Notes: a model not told the origin generated them from the letters alone. Numbered from the stretch's first letter, positions 1 to 9,005 are shown. The stretch: DNA of 32,000 bases from Vibrio cholerae ATCC 14035 (GCF_000621645.1 NZ_JHXR01000015.1:60001-92000); one strand, 5' to 3'. Made by a program: numbers and translations.

Positions 1-674
1 TGCTCAACGGCTTTGGATTCACCCTCTTTCTGTGCGGTGATGATATCAATCGCTTTTTTCTTTTCGCCGTAATAGTGCTCGTATAACAGCTCAAAGCCAC
101 GGCCAGAGAGATAGTTGTCCATACAACCTTTATTGCCGCAGCCACAGCCCAGTAATGGGGCTTTTTCACCAAGATGGAACCAAGCATCAATCGGTAGGCG
201 CATGTGGCCAATTTCACCCGCTACGTGGTTACGACCTGAGAACACTTTACCTTCGTAGACCAGTCCGCCACCAAAACCGGTACCTAGAATCAAGCCCATC
301 ACGGAAGCCGCTTCTTTTAGCTCATCATCCCAAGCTTCAGAGAGCGCAAAACAGTTCGCATCATTTTCCACTTTCACTACGCGGCCGAGTTTGGTTTCCA
401 AATCGGCACGCAGCGGTTTGCCTTTGGCTGCAGGCACGTTAACGGTCAATACGCAGCCATTATCGGCATCTTCCATGCCCGGAATACCCAGACCAACCGT
501 ACCTTCGACGCCAAATTGCGCATCGTATTTATGGACTAACCCGGCAATAGTCTCCACCAATTTGGCATAGTCATCCGTTGGTGTCGCGACGCGTTCCGTG
601 GCAACGCGTTCTAACTGTTCATTGAACGCACCAAATTCAATTTTGGTTCCGCCCACATCAAAGCCGTAATACAT
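1..674 (-). CDS. nagK: N-acetyl-D-glucosamine kinase, ROK family (3' end cut off by the window edge)
   Basis: Reverse-strand reading from ATG (674-672) gives [25 protein letters not shown]..., which matches the E. coli NagK N-terminus (MYYGFDIGGTK) with its DxGGT ATP-binding motif. It is absent from the ORF track because it runs off the window. The + ORF at 155-442 is its antisense shadow. Confidence 0.85.
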   Translation of the reverse strand, partial: MYYGFDVGGTKIEFGAFNEQLERVATERVATPTDDYAKLVETIAGLVHKYDAQFGVEGTVGLGIPGMEDADNGCVLTVNVPAAKGKPLRADLETKLGRVVKVENDANCFALSEAWDDELKEAASVMGLILGTGFGGGLVYEGKVFSGRNHVAGEIGHMRLPIDAWFHLGEKAPLLGCGCGNKGCMDNYLSGRGFELLYEHYYGEKKKAIDIITAQKEGESKAVE

Positions 675-836
675 GGCCTTCTCTCCTCAATTTCCTATCC
701 CAGCCTTGGGAAAAAATAAAAACACAAAAGTGAGGCGTATTATCCACAAGCTACCCTCAACAGTCCGTGACAAAGCACTTATTTATCTGGCCAATGGCAC
801 TGATTGCACAATAAGCGACCAAGGTCACACGCAAGT

Positions 837-1574
837 TTAGAGGCAGTTCGCGTTTTGTTGATGTGCTATCCATCGTTGCAATGCGGGTTTAGTAATACTC
901 GGCTTATTGCGCGATTTGCAGGTCAGGTAAGTTTCTTTAAATGCTTCGAACCACAGCGATAACGTACTTGCGGAGTGTCGATCACCGAACATGTCCAACA
1001 CCAAGCTAGCCACTTCTGCCGTTGCCAAGTGCTGTTCGTTTTCCGATTTACGCATGATGTATTGCGATAAGCGTTCCGGCTCCACCGATACCAAAGGCAA
1101 TGATGCAAGATACGGAGATTTGCGAAAGATGCGTTTCGCTTCACGCCAACTGCCATCAATCAATACCAATAATGGTTTTTTGCCTGCAAACTCAGTGGGG
1201 ATTGGGCTTAACACGCGAGTTTTGTCCTCTTCCGTTTCCGCGGGAAAAATCAGCACCGGATAATAGGCAGGGTTACTGAGTAACGCGAGCATCTCTGGGT
1301 TTGGCTCCGTACGACTCCATTGATATACATAGGTCTCTTTCACCGTGTCTGCAATTAAGCGCCCAGTGTTGCTGGGTTTAAATACTTCGTTTTCAGAGAC
1401 GATCAGCAGTACCGCCACTTGGCTTTCAATATCAGGCTGATGGGCACACAAGCAGTGCGTCAACTCAACCAGACAGTACAAGCAGCGTTTAATCTTGCCA
1501 CCCCGCGCTAAAAATGGCTTGGTTGAACGTTCTAGGCGATATTGATATAAGTGATGAAACGCGTGAATTCTCAT
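837..1574 (-). CDS. tapT: DTW-domain tRNA-uridine aminocarboxypropyltransferase (YfiP/TapT-like)
   Basis: Track ORF 837-1685, trimmed to Met38 (ATG 1574). The longer form would run across the RBS and start of the divergent gene at 1674. It contains the Cys cluster RCLYCLVELTHCLC, plus KPSNTGRLIAD, QWSRTEP, LIDGSWREAK (the DTW signature with Ser in place of Thr) and FRKSPYL, as I recall for E. coli YfiP. Confidence 0.75.
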   Translation of the reverse strand: MRIHAFHHLYQYRLERSTKPFLARGGKIKRCLYCLVELTHCLCAHQPDIESQVAVLLIVSENEVFKPSNTGRLIADTVKETYVYQWSRTEPNPEMLALLSNPAYYPVLIFPAETEEDKTRVLSPIPTEFAGKKPLLVLIDGSWREAKRIFRKSPYLASLPLVSVEPERLSQYIMRKSENEQHLATAEVASLVLDMFGDRHSASTLSLWFEAFKETYLTCKSRNKPSITKPALQRWIAHQQNANCL

Positions 1575-1673
1575 GGCTCGGACTACTGGCGGAAAAATGG
1601 CTGCGATTTTACTGACCACAGGGCTTTTGCGCCAGTAAAGATTCTCGACGTGGCCCAAATCAAGGAGAACCCA

Positions 1674-2465
1674 ATGAGTGAACAAATTGAGCTGATCCGC
1701 TTAGCGATTTTTTTCTCTGTATTAGTGATTTGTGCCTTGTGGGAATCGAATCGTCCACGCAAAACCTTGTCGCAAAGCAAGCGGGTTCGCTGGCTGAATA
1801 ACCTCGGATTGGTTGGCTTTAATAGTCTTTTGATCACCGCGCTGATGCCAATTTTAGCCTTCAGTGCCGCGCAATGGGCGCAAAGCCAACAGTTTGGCTT
1901 GCTGTATTGGTTGGAGATCCCACCTTTCATCGCGCTCTTCGTTGCGGTGGTATTACTGGATGCGGTGATTTATTGGCAGCACCTGTTGTTTCACCGTATT
2001 CCTTTGTTGTGGCGGCTACACCGCATGCACCATGCAGATCAAGATATTGATGTCACCACTGGCAGTCGCTTTCATCCGCTCGAAATAATGATTTCTGCGT
2101 GGATAAAAATCGGCGCAGTGACGTTATTGGGTGCATCTCCGTTGGCCGTCGTGGTGTTTGAAATTTTGCTCAATGCCAGCGCGATGTTTAATCACAGCAA
2201 TGCTAAGCTGCCCTATAAAATCGACCAGTGGCTGCGTTTACTGGTTGTAACACCGGACATGCACCGAGTCCACCACTCCGTTTTAGTTCACGAGACCCAC
2301 TCCAACTTCGGCTTTTTTCTTTCGATATGGGACAAGATGTTTCACACCTATATTGCGCAGCCAGAAATGGGCCATGAGCGAATGAAGATTGGCTTGCCAC
2401 TGTTTCGTCAAGCACGAGAACAGTGGCTGGATAAAATGCTGACTCAACCGTTTCGCGAACGTTAA
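1674..2465 (+). CDS. Fatty acid hydroxylase / sterol desaturase family membrane protein
   Basis: Track ORF 1551-2465, trimmed to ATG 1674, which is preceded by AAGGAG (1662-1667). The product is a hydrophobic multi-TM protein with the di-iron histidine boxes HLLFH, HRMHH and HRVHH. Confidence 0.8.
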   Translation: MSEQIELIRLAIFFSVLVICALWESNRPRKTLSQSKRVRWLNNLGLVGFNSLLITALMPILAFSAAQWAQSQQFGLLYWLEIPPFIALFVAVVLLDAVIYWQHLLFHRIPLLWRLHRMHHADQDIDVTTGSRFHPLEIMISAWIKIGAVTLLGASPLAVVVFEILLNASAMFNHSNAKLPYKIDQWLRLLVVTPDMHRVHHSVLVHETHSNFGFFLSIWDKMFHTYIAQPEMGHERMKIGLPLFRQAREQWLDKMLTQPFRER

Positions 2466-2466
2466 A

Positions 2467-4488
2467 TCAGTTCAACTCATACTTATGCAACATCGCTTGT
2501 TGATGACCAGCAATCTCTGCGACTTGTTCCGCGCTTTCCAACATGGCATCCAACTGACGTTTGGTTTCTTGCCCTTGTTCGGAAATTTGCGCTACCGCTT
2601 TGTTTACATCCGCCGTGGCTCGCTTTTGTTCTTCGGTCGCTTGAGTGATCTGCTCGACTCGAGTGCGAATATGTGCCACTGCACGCTCAATCTGCATAAA
2701 GGTACTTTTTACTTCTTCACTCGATTGTAGGGCGGTGACCATCTCTTTACGCGATTCATCCACCGCTTGGCGTGATTTACTGGCCGCAGTCACCAACTCA
2801 TTCATCATGTCACGAATATTGGTGGTCTGTTTACTGGTATCACTGGCCAATTTACGAACTTCGTCAGCCACTACGGCAAAACCGCGCCCTTGCTCTCCGG
2901 CTCGTGCGGCTTCAATCGCCGCATTCAGCGCTAACAAATTGGTGCTATCGGCAATGCCACTGATCATATCCACCATTTCACGAATACTGGTTACGCGCTG
3001 ATTGAGTTCAGACATCGCCGCATCATTAACCGCTAAGGTGGTTTCTAATGCTTGTAAACGCTGCTGATTCTGCTCTATCACCTTCACACCTTGCGCGGAA
3101 TGTTCCGCCGCTTCCACAGAATCCGTGTACGAATCGTGACTCACTCCGGCGATTTCGCGAATTGATGCATCCAGTTGATTAATGGTTGCAGCCATGGTCA
3201 ACAAGGCTTGATTTTGCGCCGCTAAGCTTTGGTTTGATTGTTCTGCGGAACCATGGCTCAGCTCAGCCGTTTGGTAGAGCGTTTCGCAGTTGCGCGTGAC
3301 TAATGCGAGCGACTCATGCGTTGATACGATCACTTGATTGAGTTGCGCTGCGACATTTTGAAAATCTTGCGGCCCGACTAAATCTAATCTGTGGTTAAGC
3401 TTATGTTGTGTTAACTGCGCGAGATGACGAGTGATGTTGTTCAGCGCTCGCCCTATCCAACGGCGCAAGCCAAACCACACCGCCAAAATCGCCAGCACCA
3501 AGAGAGTGCCGCTGATTTGCTGTGTGAGGGTGACGGCAGAAATGGTTGATGTTACCTCTTGCTTACCCTGCACAATGTGTTGTTGAGCCAATGTTGACCA
3601 CTGATTGAGCTGCGTGACAAGTTGCTGCGCAACCTCTGCAGCGCTTGCAAAATCCTTATTTTGTTGTTGCGCGTCTTCCAGTTTATTAATGATCTGCTCT
3701 ATCACGGCTTGCGCTTGAAAGCCTGCTAACACCATTTCATAGGGGGCAGTTAAGCTCGCGTAATCTTTAATTTCTGGGTACCACTCTTTGAAGTCATCAA
3801 ACGCCAGTTCCAATCCCGCTACCCGATTTTTTAACTCTTGGCGGTATTTTTGCGCTGCTGACATCTCTTCTTCGATAAACAGCAATAAAAAAGCACTTTC
3901 CATTGCGCTGGCACTGGCGGTAAATCGGTTCGCTGCATCCATGGCTTCTGGGTTATCCACCGCTAAAAACGAGGCGATACGGCCCATTTCAGGTCCGATT
4001 GAACTCAAGCCATAACGAAATTGTTTCGCTTGCTCACTGATTTGTGCTGTTTTACTCAATTGCAGTTGTTGAAGTTTGAGAATCGATTGGGCTAGCTGTT
4101 GAAAATGAAGGATCTCTCGCTGTAACTGCTCGGCTTGTTGAACCGCTTCAGCGCTAGAGAGCAATTGTACGTTCTGCTGCAATCTTGTTATTTCATCTCC
4201 CGCTTGAGCATCCAGCTTTTGCCATTCATTGAGCACTTGATTGAGCTCTTGCTCAGATTGGCTACGAGTGCCATAACCTAGGTACTTCACTTGTTCGAGA
4301 AAATTTTGCGTTAACGCTGCATTATTAAGCGCAAAGGGCAAAGCTTGTTCAGACAGTTGATTAAACTGAGCGCCAACCCGCTCTATGCCACGTAAACTGG
4401 TGACAGATAAGCTAATCATCAGTATGGTTATGCATAGAAACACCGCACCGAGTGTTTGGGTTAAGGATAAATTTTTTGTCAAAGCCAT
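2467..4488 (-). CDS. Methyl-accepting chemotaxis protein
   Basis: 673 aa. It has an N-terminal TM, a helical periplasmic domain of roughly 300 aa, a second TM ([13 protein letters not shown]), a HAMP region and the conserved signalling hairpin [30 protein letters not shown]. Confidence 0.9.
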   Translation of the reverse strand: MALTKNLSLTQTLGAVFLCITILMISLSVTSLRGIERVGAQFNQLSEQALPFALNNAALTQNFLEQVKYLGYGTRSQSEQELNQVLNEWQKLDAQAGDEITRLQQNVQLLSSAEAVQQAEQLQREILHFQQLAQSILKLQQLQLSKTAQISEQAKQFRYGLSSIGPEMGRIASFLAVDNPEAMDAANRFTASASAMESAFLLLFIEEEMSAAQKYRQELKNRVAGLELAFDDFKEWYPEIKDYASLTAPYEMVLAGFQAQAVIEQIINKLEDAQQQNKDFASAAEVAQQLVTQLNQWSTLAQQHIVQGKQEVTSTISAVTLTQQISGTLLVLAILAVWFGLRRWIGRALNNITRHLAQLTQHKLNHRLDLVGPQDFQNVAAQLNQVIVSTHESLALVTRNCETLYQTAELSHGSAEQSNQSLAAQNQALLTMAATINQLDASIREIAGVSHDSYTDSVEAAEHSAQGVKVIEQNQQRLQALETTLAVNDAAMSELNQRVTSIREMVDMISGIADSTNLLALNAAIEAARAGEQGRGFAVVADEVRKLASDTSKQTTNIRDMMNELVTAASKSRQAVDESRKEMVTALQSSEEVKSTFMQIERAVAHIRTRVEQITQATEEQKRATADVNKAVAQISEQGQETKRQLDAMLESAEQVAEIAGHQQAMLHKYELN

Positions 4489-4576
4489 GTAAATGCGTCT
4501 TAGGTTTGAGAGTCGACGCCATGGTAGGTAGTGGCTGTTTCAGTTTTATTTCATTTTTTTGTCAATAAGGTGACTC

Positions 4577-5077
4577 ATGTTGACGGTCAAGCAAACGTTT
4601 TCTCTGCTTATTCTAGGATTCCTTGTCGGGTGTACAGCCACTCCGCCTTCCGAGCCTGATACTTCTGTATCCGAACCGAATTCGAGTAACCTACCATTGG
4701 CGAACTTTTCGAGTGTATTCACAGAGTGGCGCGGCGTACCCTATCGTTTAGGCGGGAATAGCAAAAACGGCATTGATTGTTCAGCTTTTGTACAAATTGC
4801 TTACCGCGACGCATGGCAACGAGATTTACCGCGCACCACACAGTCTCAAGCGCAAACGGGTCAGAAAATCGCATATGAACATGCTCAATATGGGGATCTG
4901 GTATTTTTTAAGACATCCCGCACCAATATTCACGTCGGTGTCTATTTAGGGGATAAGCAGTTTATGCACGCTTCAACGTCGAAAGGCGTGATCATTTCGA
5001 GAATGGATAACCCTTACTGGGCTTCAAAATTTTGGCATTTTAGGCGGATTGAGAATCCGCCTTTGTTGTCAAACTAA
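4577..5077 (+). CDS. nlpC: NlpC/P60 family peptidoglycan endopeptidase lipoprotein
   Basis: 166 aa with the lipobox LVGC and the catalytic-Cys context GIDCSAFVQ, followed by HVGVYLG...FMHAS. It resembles E. coli NlpC closely (WRGxPYRxGG, DLVFFKT, STSKGV). Confidence 0.85.
   Translation: MLTVKQTFSLLILGFLVGCTATPPSEPDTSVSEPNSSNLPLANFSSVFTEWRGVPYRLGGNSKNGIDCSAFVQIAYRDAWQRDLPRTTQSQAQTGQKIAYEHAQYGDLVFFKTSRTNIHVGVYLGDKQFMHASTSKGVIISRMDNPYWASKFWHFRRIENPPLLSN
5043..5069 (+). terminator. Intrinsic-terminator-like hairpin lying inside the last 11 codons of nlpC
   Basis: GGCGGATT (5043-5050) / GAG loop / AATCCGCC (5054-5061), followed by TTTGTTGT. The nlpC stop codon is at 5075-5077, downstream of the T tract. 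Confidence 0.5.
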
Positions 5078-5086
5078 TGAATGGGG

Positions 5087-5428
5087 TTAGTCGTATTTCG
5101 CAACGGCTGAGTCAAACAAGTTTTTCACTAGGGCGATGTATTCATCCAAAAAGGCGATCTGCTCATTAGTCGCGGGGCGATACCAAACCCCCGCTAACAC
5201 TTCGCCTAAGTCTTCGACCACCGAATCGGCTTCTTTCAGTAATTGGAAGCGAACACTAGAATGAAGCTCAGGGTTTTGTTCAAAAATAGACATGATGTTG
5301 CTTGCCACCATATCTGTGATGACATCTTCAACACTTTCAGTTCCCGTATCCCCTTCCTGAGTGAAAACATCCATATTGAATGACAGATGTTCAATCAGGG
5401 CCAGATATCCATCGGTTTCTACAACCAC
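5087..5428 (-). CDS. Small acidic hypothetical protein, about 113 aa (vaguely recalls a Vibrio DUF3802-type family; not verified)
   Basis: Track ORF 5087-5518. I favour the in-frame GTG at 5428 because GGAG sits 7 nt upstream (GGAGAAAGAAT GTG). The extra 30 N-terminal residues look non-native. No motif recognised. Confidence 0.55.
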   Translation of the reverse strand: MVVETDGYLALIEHLSFNMDVFTQEGDTGTESVEDVITDMVASNIMSIFEQNPELHSSVRFQLLKEADSVVEDLGEVLAGVWYRPATNEQIAFLDEYIALVKNLFDSAVAKYD

Positions 5429-5790
5429 ATTCTTTCTCCGCTTTACTGCTGCTGTTCGCCAGTTAGTTTGTATCTTGTTTAATACTAAGACATGAATAGC
5501 CATTTTCACAGATGGCAAATGCTAGTTGCTGCACTTTCCACCAAGAGTTCGATTATTTCGCTTAGTACGGCTTAATTATGAGCTAAAACTGACTGAGATG
5601 AGTTTTATCCCATTATTCGAAAAATTGTTTGCAGTGCCATCTCATGACGCACACTGCGCACGATATTATGGGAGTGAACATAATGATTTTATGAGTTAAA
5701 TCACACTTAGGTGTTTCTACTTCTGCAATTTTTACTCAAGTTAGATTTATGTGCACTCATAAACTTTCATATTGGAGCGCTTGGCATAAA

Positions 5791-5912
5791 CTATACCCAA
5801 ACGACTTGGAGTTACAGGTAGGCGGCAAGTGAGTTCATCTCCATGAGCATAGATAAACATTGTGATTGGGATGAACGAACCTAGCCAACACCACTGTAGA
5901 TTCAAGTTATAG
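5791..5912 (+). repeat. ERIC-like imperfect-palindrome intergenic repeat, copy 1 (right end shortened)
   Basis: About 85 percent identical to 11002-11130 in the same orientation. It shares CTATACCCAAACGACTTGGAGTT...CCATGAGCATAG...TGTGATTGGG.TGAACGAAC.TAGCCAACACC. The core resembles the enterobacterial ERIC consensus (GTGAATCCCC..GAGC...GTGA.TGGGGTGA.CG). Confidence 0.8.
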
Positions 5913-5946
5913 CCAGTATGCAGATCAATAACCGAGAGCTTGAATT

Positions 5947-6813
5947 ATGTGGCCAGCAATTATTCAACAATTGTCCGAGCAGTTGGGCAAAGATTTTCAC
6001 CTCGTTGAAAAAGAAAAAGTGCATGGGGGTGACATTAATGAATGCTTTATGGTTAGCGATGGAATAGATCGTTATTTTGTGAAAACAAACCAACGCGAGT
6101 ATCTGACCAAATTTACCGCCGAGGTGGAAAACTTGCGTGTGATGCGCGAGTCCAATACCGTTCAAGTACCCGAGTACATTCTGCACGGCACGAGCAAAAC
6201 GCATGCTTATCTGGTGCTTAATTATTTAGCGACCAAGCCATTAGATGACGCCGAACGAAGTTACGAATTTGGGGTGCAACTGGCCAACCTGCATCGCTGG
6301 GGAGAGCAAAAAGAGTTTGGCTTCGATATCGATAATTACATTGGAGCGACAGTTCAACCTAACCCTTGGCACAAAAAGTGGGCATTATTTTTTGCAGAGC
6401 AGCGTATCGGTTGGCAGCTACAGCTAATGCAAGAAAAAGGGGTCAACCTCACCAACATCAATGAGTTTGTTGAGATGGTCAAAACTCGTTTGGCCAACCA
6501 CTCTCCGCGCCCTTCTCTACTGCATGGTGATCTCTGGTTTGGCAATGTCGCCAACATCGTTAATGGCCCCTTGTGCTTTGACCCTGCTTGTTATTGGGGA
6601 GATCGCGAGTGTGATATTGCTCTCGCTGAATGGTTTGGTGGTTTTCAACCTGAGTTCTTCCAAGGCTATGAAAGCGTGTGGCCACTCGATTGGGGTTATG
6701 AAGAACGAAAAGATATCTACAACCTTTATCATGTACTAAACCACTATAACCAGTTTGGTGGGCATTATTTGGATGAAGCACAGAAATTGATTGAGAAGAT
6801 ATTGTCTTACTGA
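5947..6813 (+). CDS. Fructosamine kinase family protein (YniA-like)
   Basis: 288 aa with a kinase-like fold and the LLHGDLWFGNV catalytic-loop motif typical of the fructosamine/aminoglycoside phosphotransferase family. Confidence 0.8.
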   Translation: MWPAIIQQLSEQLGKDFHLVEKEKVHGGDINECFMVSDGIDRYFVKTNQREYLTKFTAEVENLRVMRESNTVQVPEYILHGTSKTHAYLVLNYLATKPLDDAERSYEFGVQLANLHRWGEQKEFGFDIDNYIGATVQPNPWHKKWALFFAEQRIGWQLQLMQEKGVNLTNINEFVEMVKTRLANHSPRPSLLHGDLWFGNVANIVNGPLCFDPACYWGDRECDIALAEWFGGFQPEFFQGYESVWPLDWGYEERKDIYNLYHVLNHYNQFGGHYLDEAQKLIEKILSY

Positions 6814-6970
6814 ATGCTTTAACTGTTACTCATTGATTTTTCTTGGATCATAGCTGCCAGACTTAATTGTTGATTTTATGTTGACCTTCAAACTTTAGAC
6901 TTAATTTTACGCTTTAAGAAACTTCCCTGCTTAGTATTACTGTATCTCAAAGGACGTAAGGAAGAGAGAT

Positions 6971-7174
6971 ATGAGAAACTTCACGGAAAAGTCAGTTACC
7001 TGTCCGCATTGCGGTCACGGGATCCGTTTGACTTTAGATGCTTCGAACGGAAGTCAGGAGTTTTATGATGATTGCCCAGCCTGCTGTCACGCAATCCATC
7101 TCAACATGACAGTTGATGAGCTGCACGATACCATTGAGTTGTATGTTGATGCAGACGATGAACAAATTTTCTAA
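6971..7174 (+). CDS. CPXCG-motif cysteine-rich small protein (putative zinc ribbon)
   Basis: 67 aa with CPHCG...CPACC, two Cys pairs 30 residues apart, and an acidic C-terminus. GGAAGAGAG lies upstream of the ATG, and a strong terminator follows directly. Confidence 0.7.
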   Translation: MRNFTEKSVTCPHCGHGIRLTLDASNGSQEFYDDCPACCHAIHLNMTVDELHDTIELYVDADDEQIF

Positions 7175-7190
7175 TCATTCGATTTTGTAT

Positions 7191-7216
7191 AGAGCGCCCA
7201 TCGCGGCGCTCTTTTT
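7191..7216 (+). terminator. Rho-independent terminator after the CPXCG gene
   Basis: AGAGCGCC (7191-7198) / 6-nt loop / GGCGCTCT (7205-7212), then TTTT. Confidence 0.8.
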
Positions 7217-7416
7217 ACAAGCTTGTATACCCAAACTACTTAAAACCAAAAGCCGCCACTCCAGTCCTCATCGTCTTATCATCAATCCCCCGACAATCTG
7301 TGATTTAAATCAGTTTTTCGTGGAGCTTAATGCGACATTTCATTATCATGCCATCCATTGCCATAAGTTGAGTATCCCGCGACTCACTGTTTAGGCTCCT
7401 CTTTGCTTGTCCCTCT

Positions 7417-8802
7417 TTGGAGAACTCTGTGCATCGTTACAAAAAAGAAGCATCAAATTTAATTAAACTCGCGACACCCGTACTGATTGCCTCAGTCGCG
7501 CAAACGGGTATGGGCTTTGTCGATACCATCATGGCGGGTGGTGTCAGTGCGATAGACATGGCCGCGGTATCGATCGCAGCCAGTATTTGGCTACCTTCCA
7601 TTTTGTTTGGCGTGGGTTTGCTGATGGCTTTAGTGCCGGTCGTTGCCCAGCTCAATGGCGCAGGTCGCCAACACAAGATTCCGTTTGAAGTTCATCAGGG
7701 GTTGATCCTCGCGTTATTGGTTTCGGTCCCGATCATTGCGGTACTCTTTCAAACTCAATTCATCATTCGGTTTATGGATGTAGAAGAGGCAATGGCGACC
7801 AAAACCGTCGGTTATATGCACGCCGTCATTTTTGCGGTCCCCGCTTACTTACTGTTTCAGGCACTGCGCAGTTTTACCGATGGTATGTCACTGACCAAAC
7901 CTGCGATGGTGATTGGTTTTATTGGGTTATTGCTCAATATCCCTCTCAACTGGATTTTCGTTTACGGGAAATTTGGCGCACCAGAGCTAGGCGGTGTGGG
8001 TTGTGGCGTTGCAACCGCGATTGTGTATTGGATCATGTTGCTGCTGCTACTGTTTTACATCGTGACCTCTAAGCGTCTGGCACATGTAAAAGTGTTTGAG
8101 ACTTTCCATAAACCACAGCCAAAAGAGTTGATCCGTCTATTTCGCTTAGGTTTTCCTGTTGCAGCCGCCCTCTTTTTTGAAGTGACTCTTTTTGCTGTGG
8201 TCGCACTTTTAGTGGCACCGTTAGGGTCAACTGTCGTGGCGGCACACCAAGTGGCGCTCAATTTCTCTTCTTTGGTGTTTATGTTCCCAATGAGTATTGG
8301 TGCCGCGGTCTCCATTCGTGTTGTCCATAAGTTAGGTGAGCAAGACACCAAAGGCGCTGCAATTGCAGCCAATGTGGGTTTAATGACTGGCCTTGCCACT
8401 GCGTGTATTACCGCGTTGCTCACCGTGTTGTTTCGTGAACAGATCGCGCTGCTGTATACCGAAAACCAAGTGGTGGTAGCGTTAGCGATGCAGCTCTTAC
8501 TGTTTGCGGCAATCTATCAATGTATGGATGCGGTACAAGTTGTCGCCGCAGGATCACTGCGTGGCTATAAAGATATGACAGCGATTTTCCACCGTACATT
8601 TATCTCCTACTGGGTACTTGGCTTGCCCACCGGTTATATCCTAGGGATGACCAACTGGCTGACGGAGCAACCCTTAGGTGCCAAAGGTTTCTGGCTCGGA
8701 TTTATCATCGGACTCTCGGCGGCCGCACTGATGCTAGGACAGCGTTTGTACTGGCTGCAAAAACAGAGTGATGACGTACAGTTACACCTTGCAGCAAAAT
8801 AA
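7417..8802 (+). CDS. norM: MATE family Na+-coupled multidrug efflux transporter NorM
   Basis: 12-TM protein beginning (M)ENSVHRYKKEASNLIKLATPVLIASVAQTGMGFVDT, which I recognise as V. cholerae NorM. The track start at 7417 is TTG with no Shine-Dalgarno. GTG at 7429 is preceded by GGAG (7419-7422) and would give MHRYKKE..., as in V. parahaemolyticus NorM. Confidence 0.9.
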   Translation: MENSVHRYKKEASNLIKLATPVLIASVAQTGMGFVDTIMAGGVSAIDMAAVSIAASIWLPSILFGVGLLMALVPVVAQLNGAGRQHKIPFEVHQGLILALLVSVPIIAVLFQTQFIIRFMDVEEAMATKTVGYMHAVIFAVPAYLLFQALRSFTDGMSLTKPAMVIGFIGLLLNIPLNWIFVYGKFGAPELGGVGCGVATAIVYWIMLLLLLFYIVTSKRLAHVKVFETFHKPQPKELIRLFRLGFPVAAALFFEVTLFAVVALLVAPLGSTVVAAHQVALNFSSLVFMFPMSIGAAVSIRVVHKLGEQDTKGAAIAANVGLMTGLATACITALLTVLFREQIALLYTENQVVVALAMQLLLFAAIYQCMDAVQVVAAGSLRGYKDMTAIFHRTFISYWVLGLPTGYILGMTNWLTEQPLGAKGFWLGFIIGLSAAALMLGQRLYWLQKQSDDVQLHLAAK

Positions 8803-8820
8803 TCGATAGAAAATCCCCTC

Positions 8821-8850
8821 AAGGCCAGCCAATCTATGCTGGCCTTTTTA
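8821..8850 (+). terminator. Rho-independent terminator after norM
   Basis: AAGGCCAGC (8821-8829) / 8-nt loop / GCTGGCCTT (8838-8846), then TTTTA. Confidence 0.85.
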
Positions 8851-8940
8851 TTGATTGAGAAGAACCATAAACGCAGTATTACGTATATTTAAAGAACTTG
8901 GCGTTATAAGTAGACGGTCTGTGAGTGATAAATTATCCCC

Positions 8941-8982
8941 TACCGACTTCAAGCTGCAGCTTCGATTAAGAAGGGAAAAGTA
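8941..8982 (+). repeat. Collapsed (arms-only) form of the ERIC-like repeat
   Basis: TACCGACTTCAAGCTGCAG|CTTCGATTAAGAAGGGAAAAGTA aligns to the left arm (TACCCAAACGACTTGGAGTTGCAG) and the right arm (CTGCAACTTCAAGTAGGAAAGGTA) of the full copies. The central roughly 80 bp is missing. It contains the perfect palindrome AAGCTGCAGCTT. Confidence 0.55.
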
Positions 8983-9005
8983 AAAGGAGCTATTGTGAGG
9001 GAATT

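Noticed and set aside
2463-2469. Convergent stop codons of the hydroxylase (TAA 2463-2465) and the chemoreceptor (TGA, 2467-2469 on the minus strand) are separated by a single nucleotide, leaving no room for terminators.
   Set aside because: The observation is real, but tight convergent packing is common in compact bacterial genomes, and I found no hairpin or other signal nearby to build on.
6859-6906. 10-bp direct repeat AGACTTAATT (6859-6868 and 6897-6906) upstream of the CPXCG gene.
   Set aside because: It is short, AT-rich and in an AT-rich intergenic region. I recognise no motif, and chance is a sufficient explanation.
7299-7314. CRP-like site TGTGATTTAAATCAGT upstream of norM.
   Set aside because: Only the left half (TGTGA) matches. 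The right half is TCAGT against TCACA, and there is no supporting promoter geometry. This is too weak to call.
7113-7394. 93-aa + ORF bridging the end of the CPXCG gene and the norM upstream region.
   Set aside because: It reads straight through a strong rho-independent terminator (7191-7216). It has odd composition and overlaps the upstream gene out of frame.
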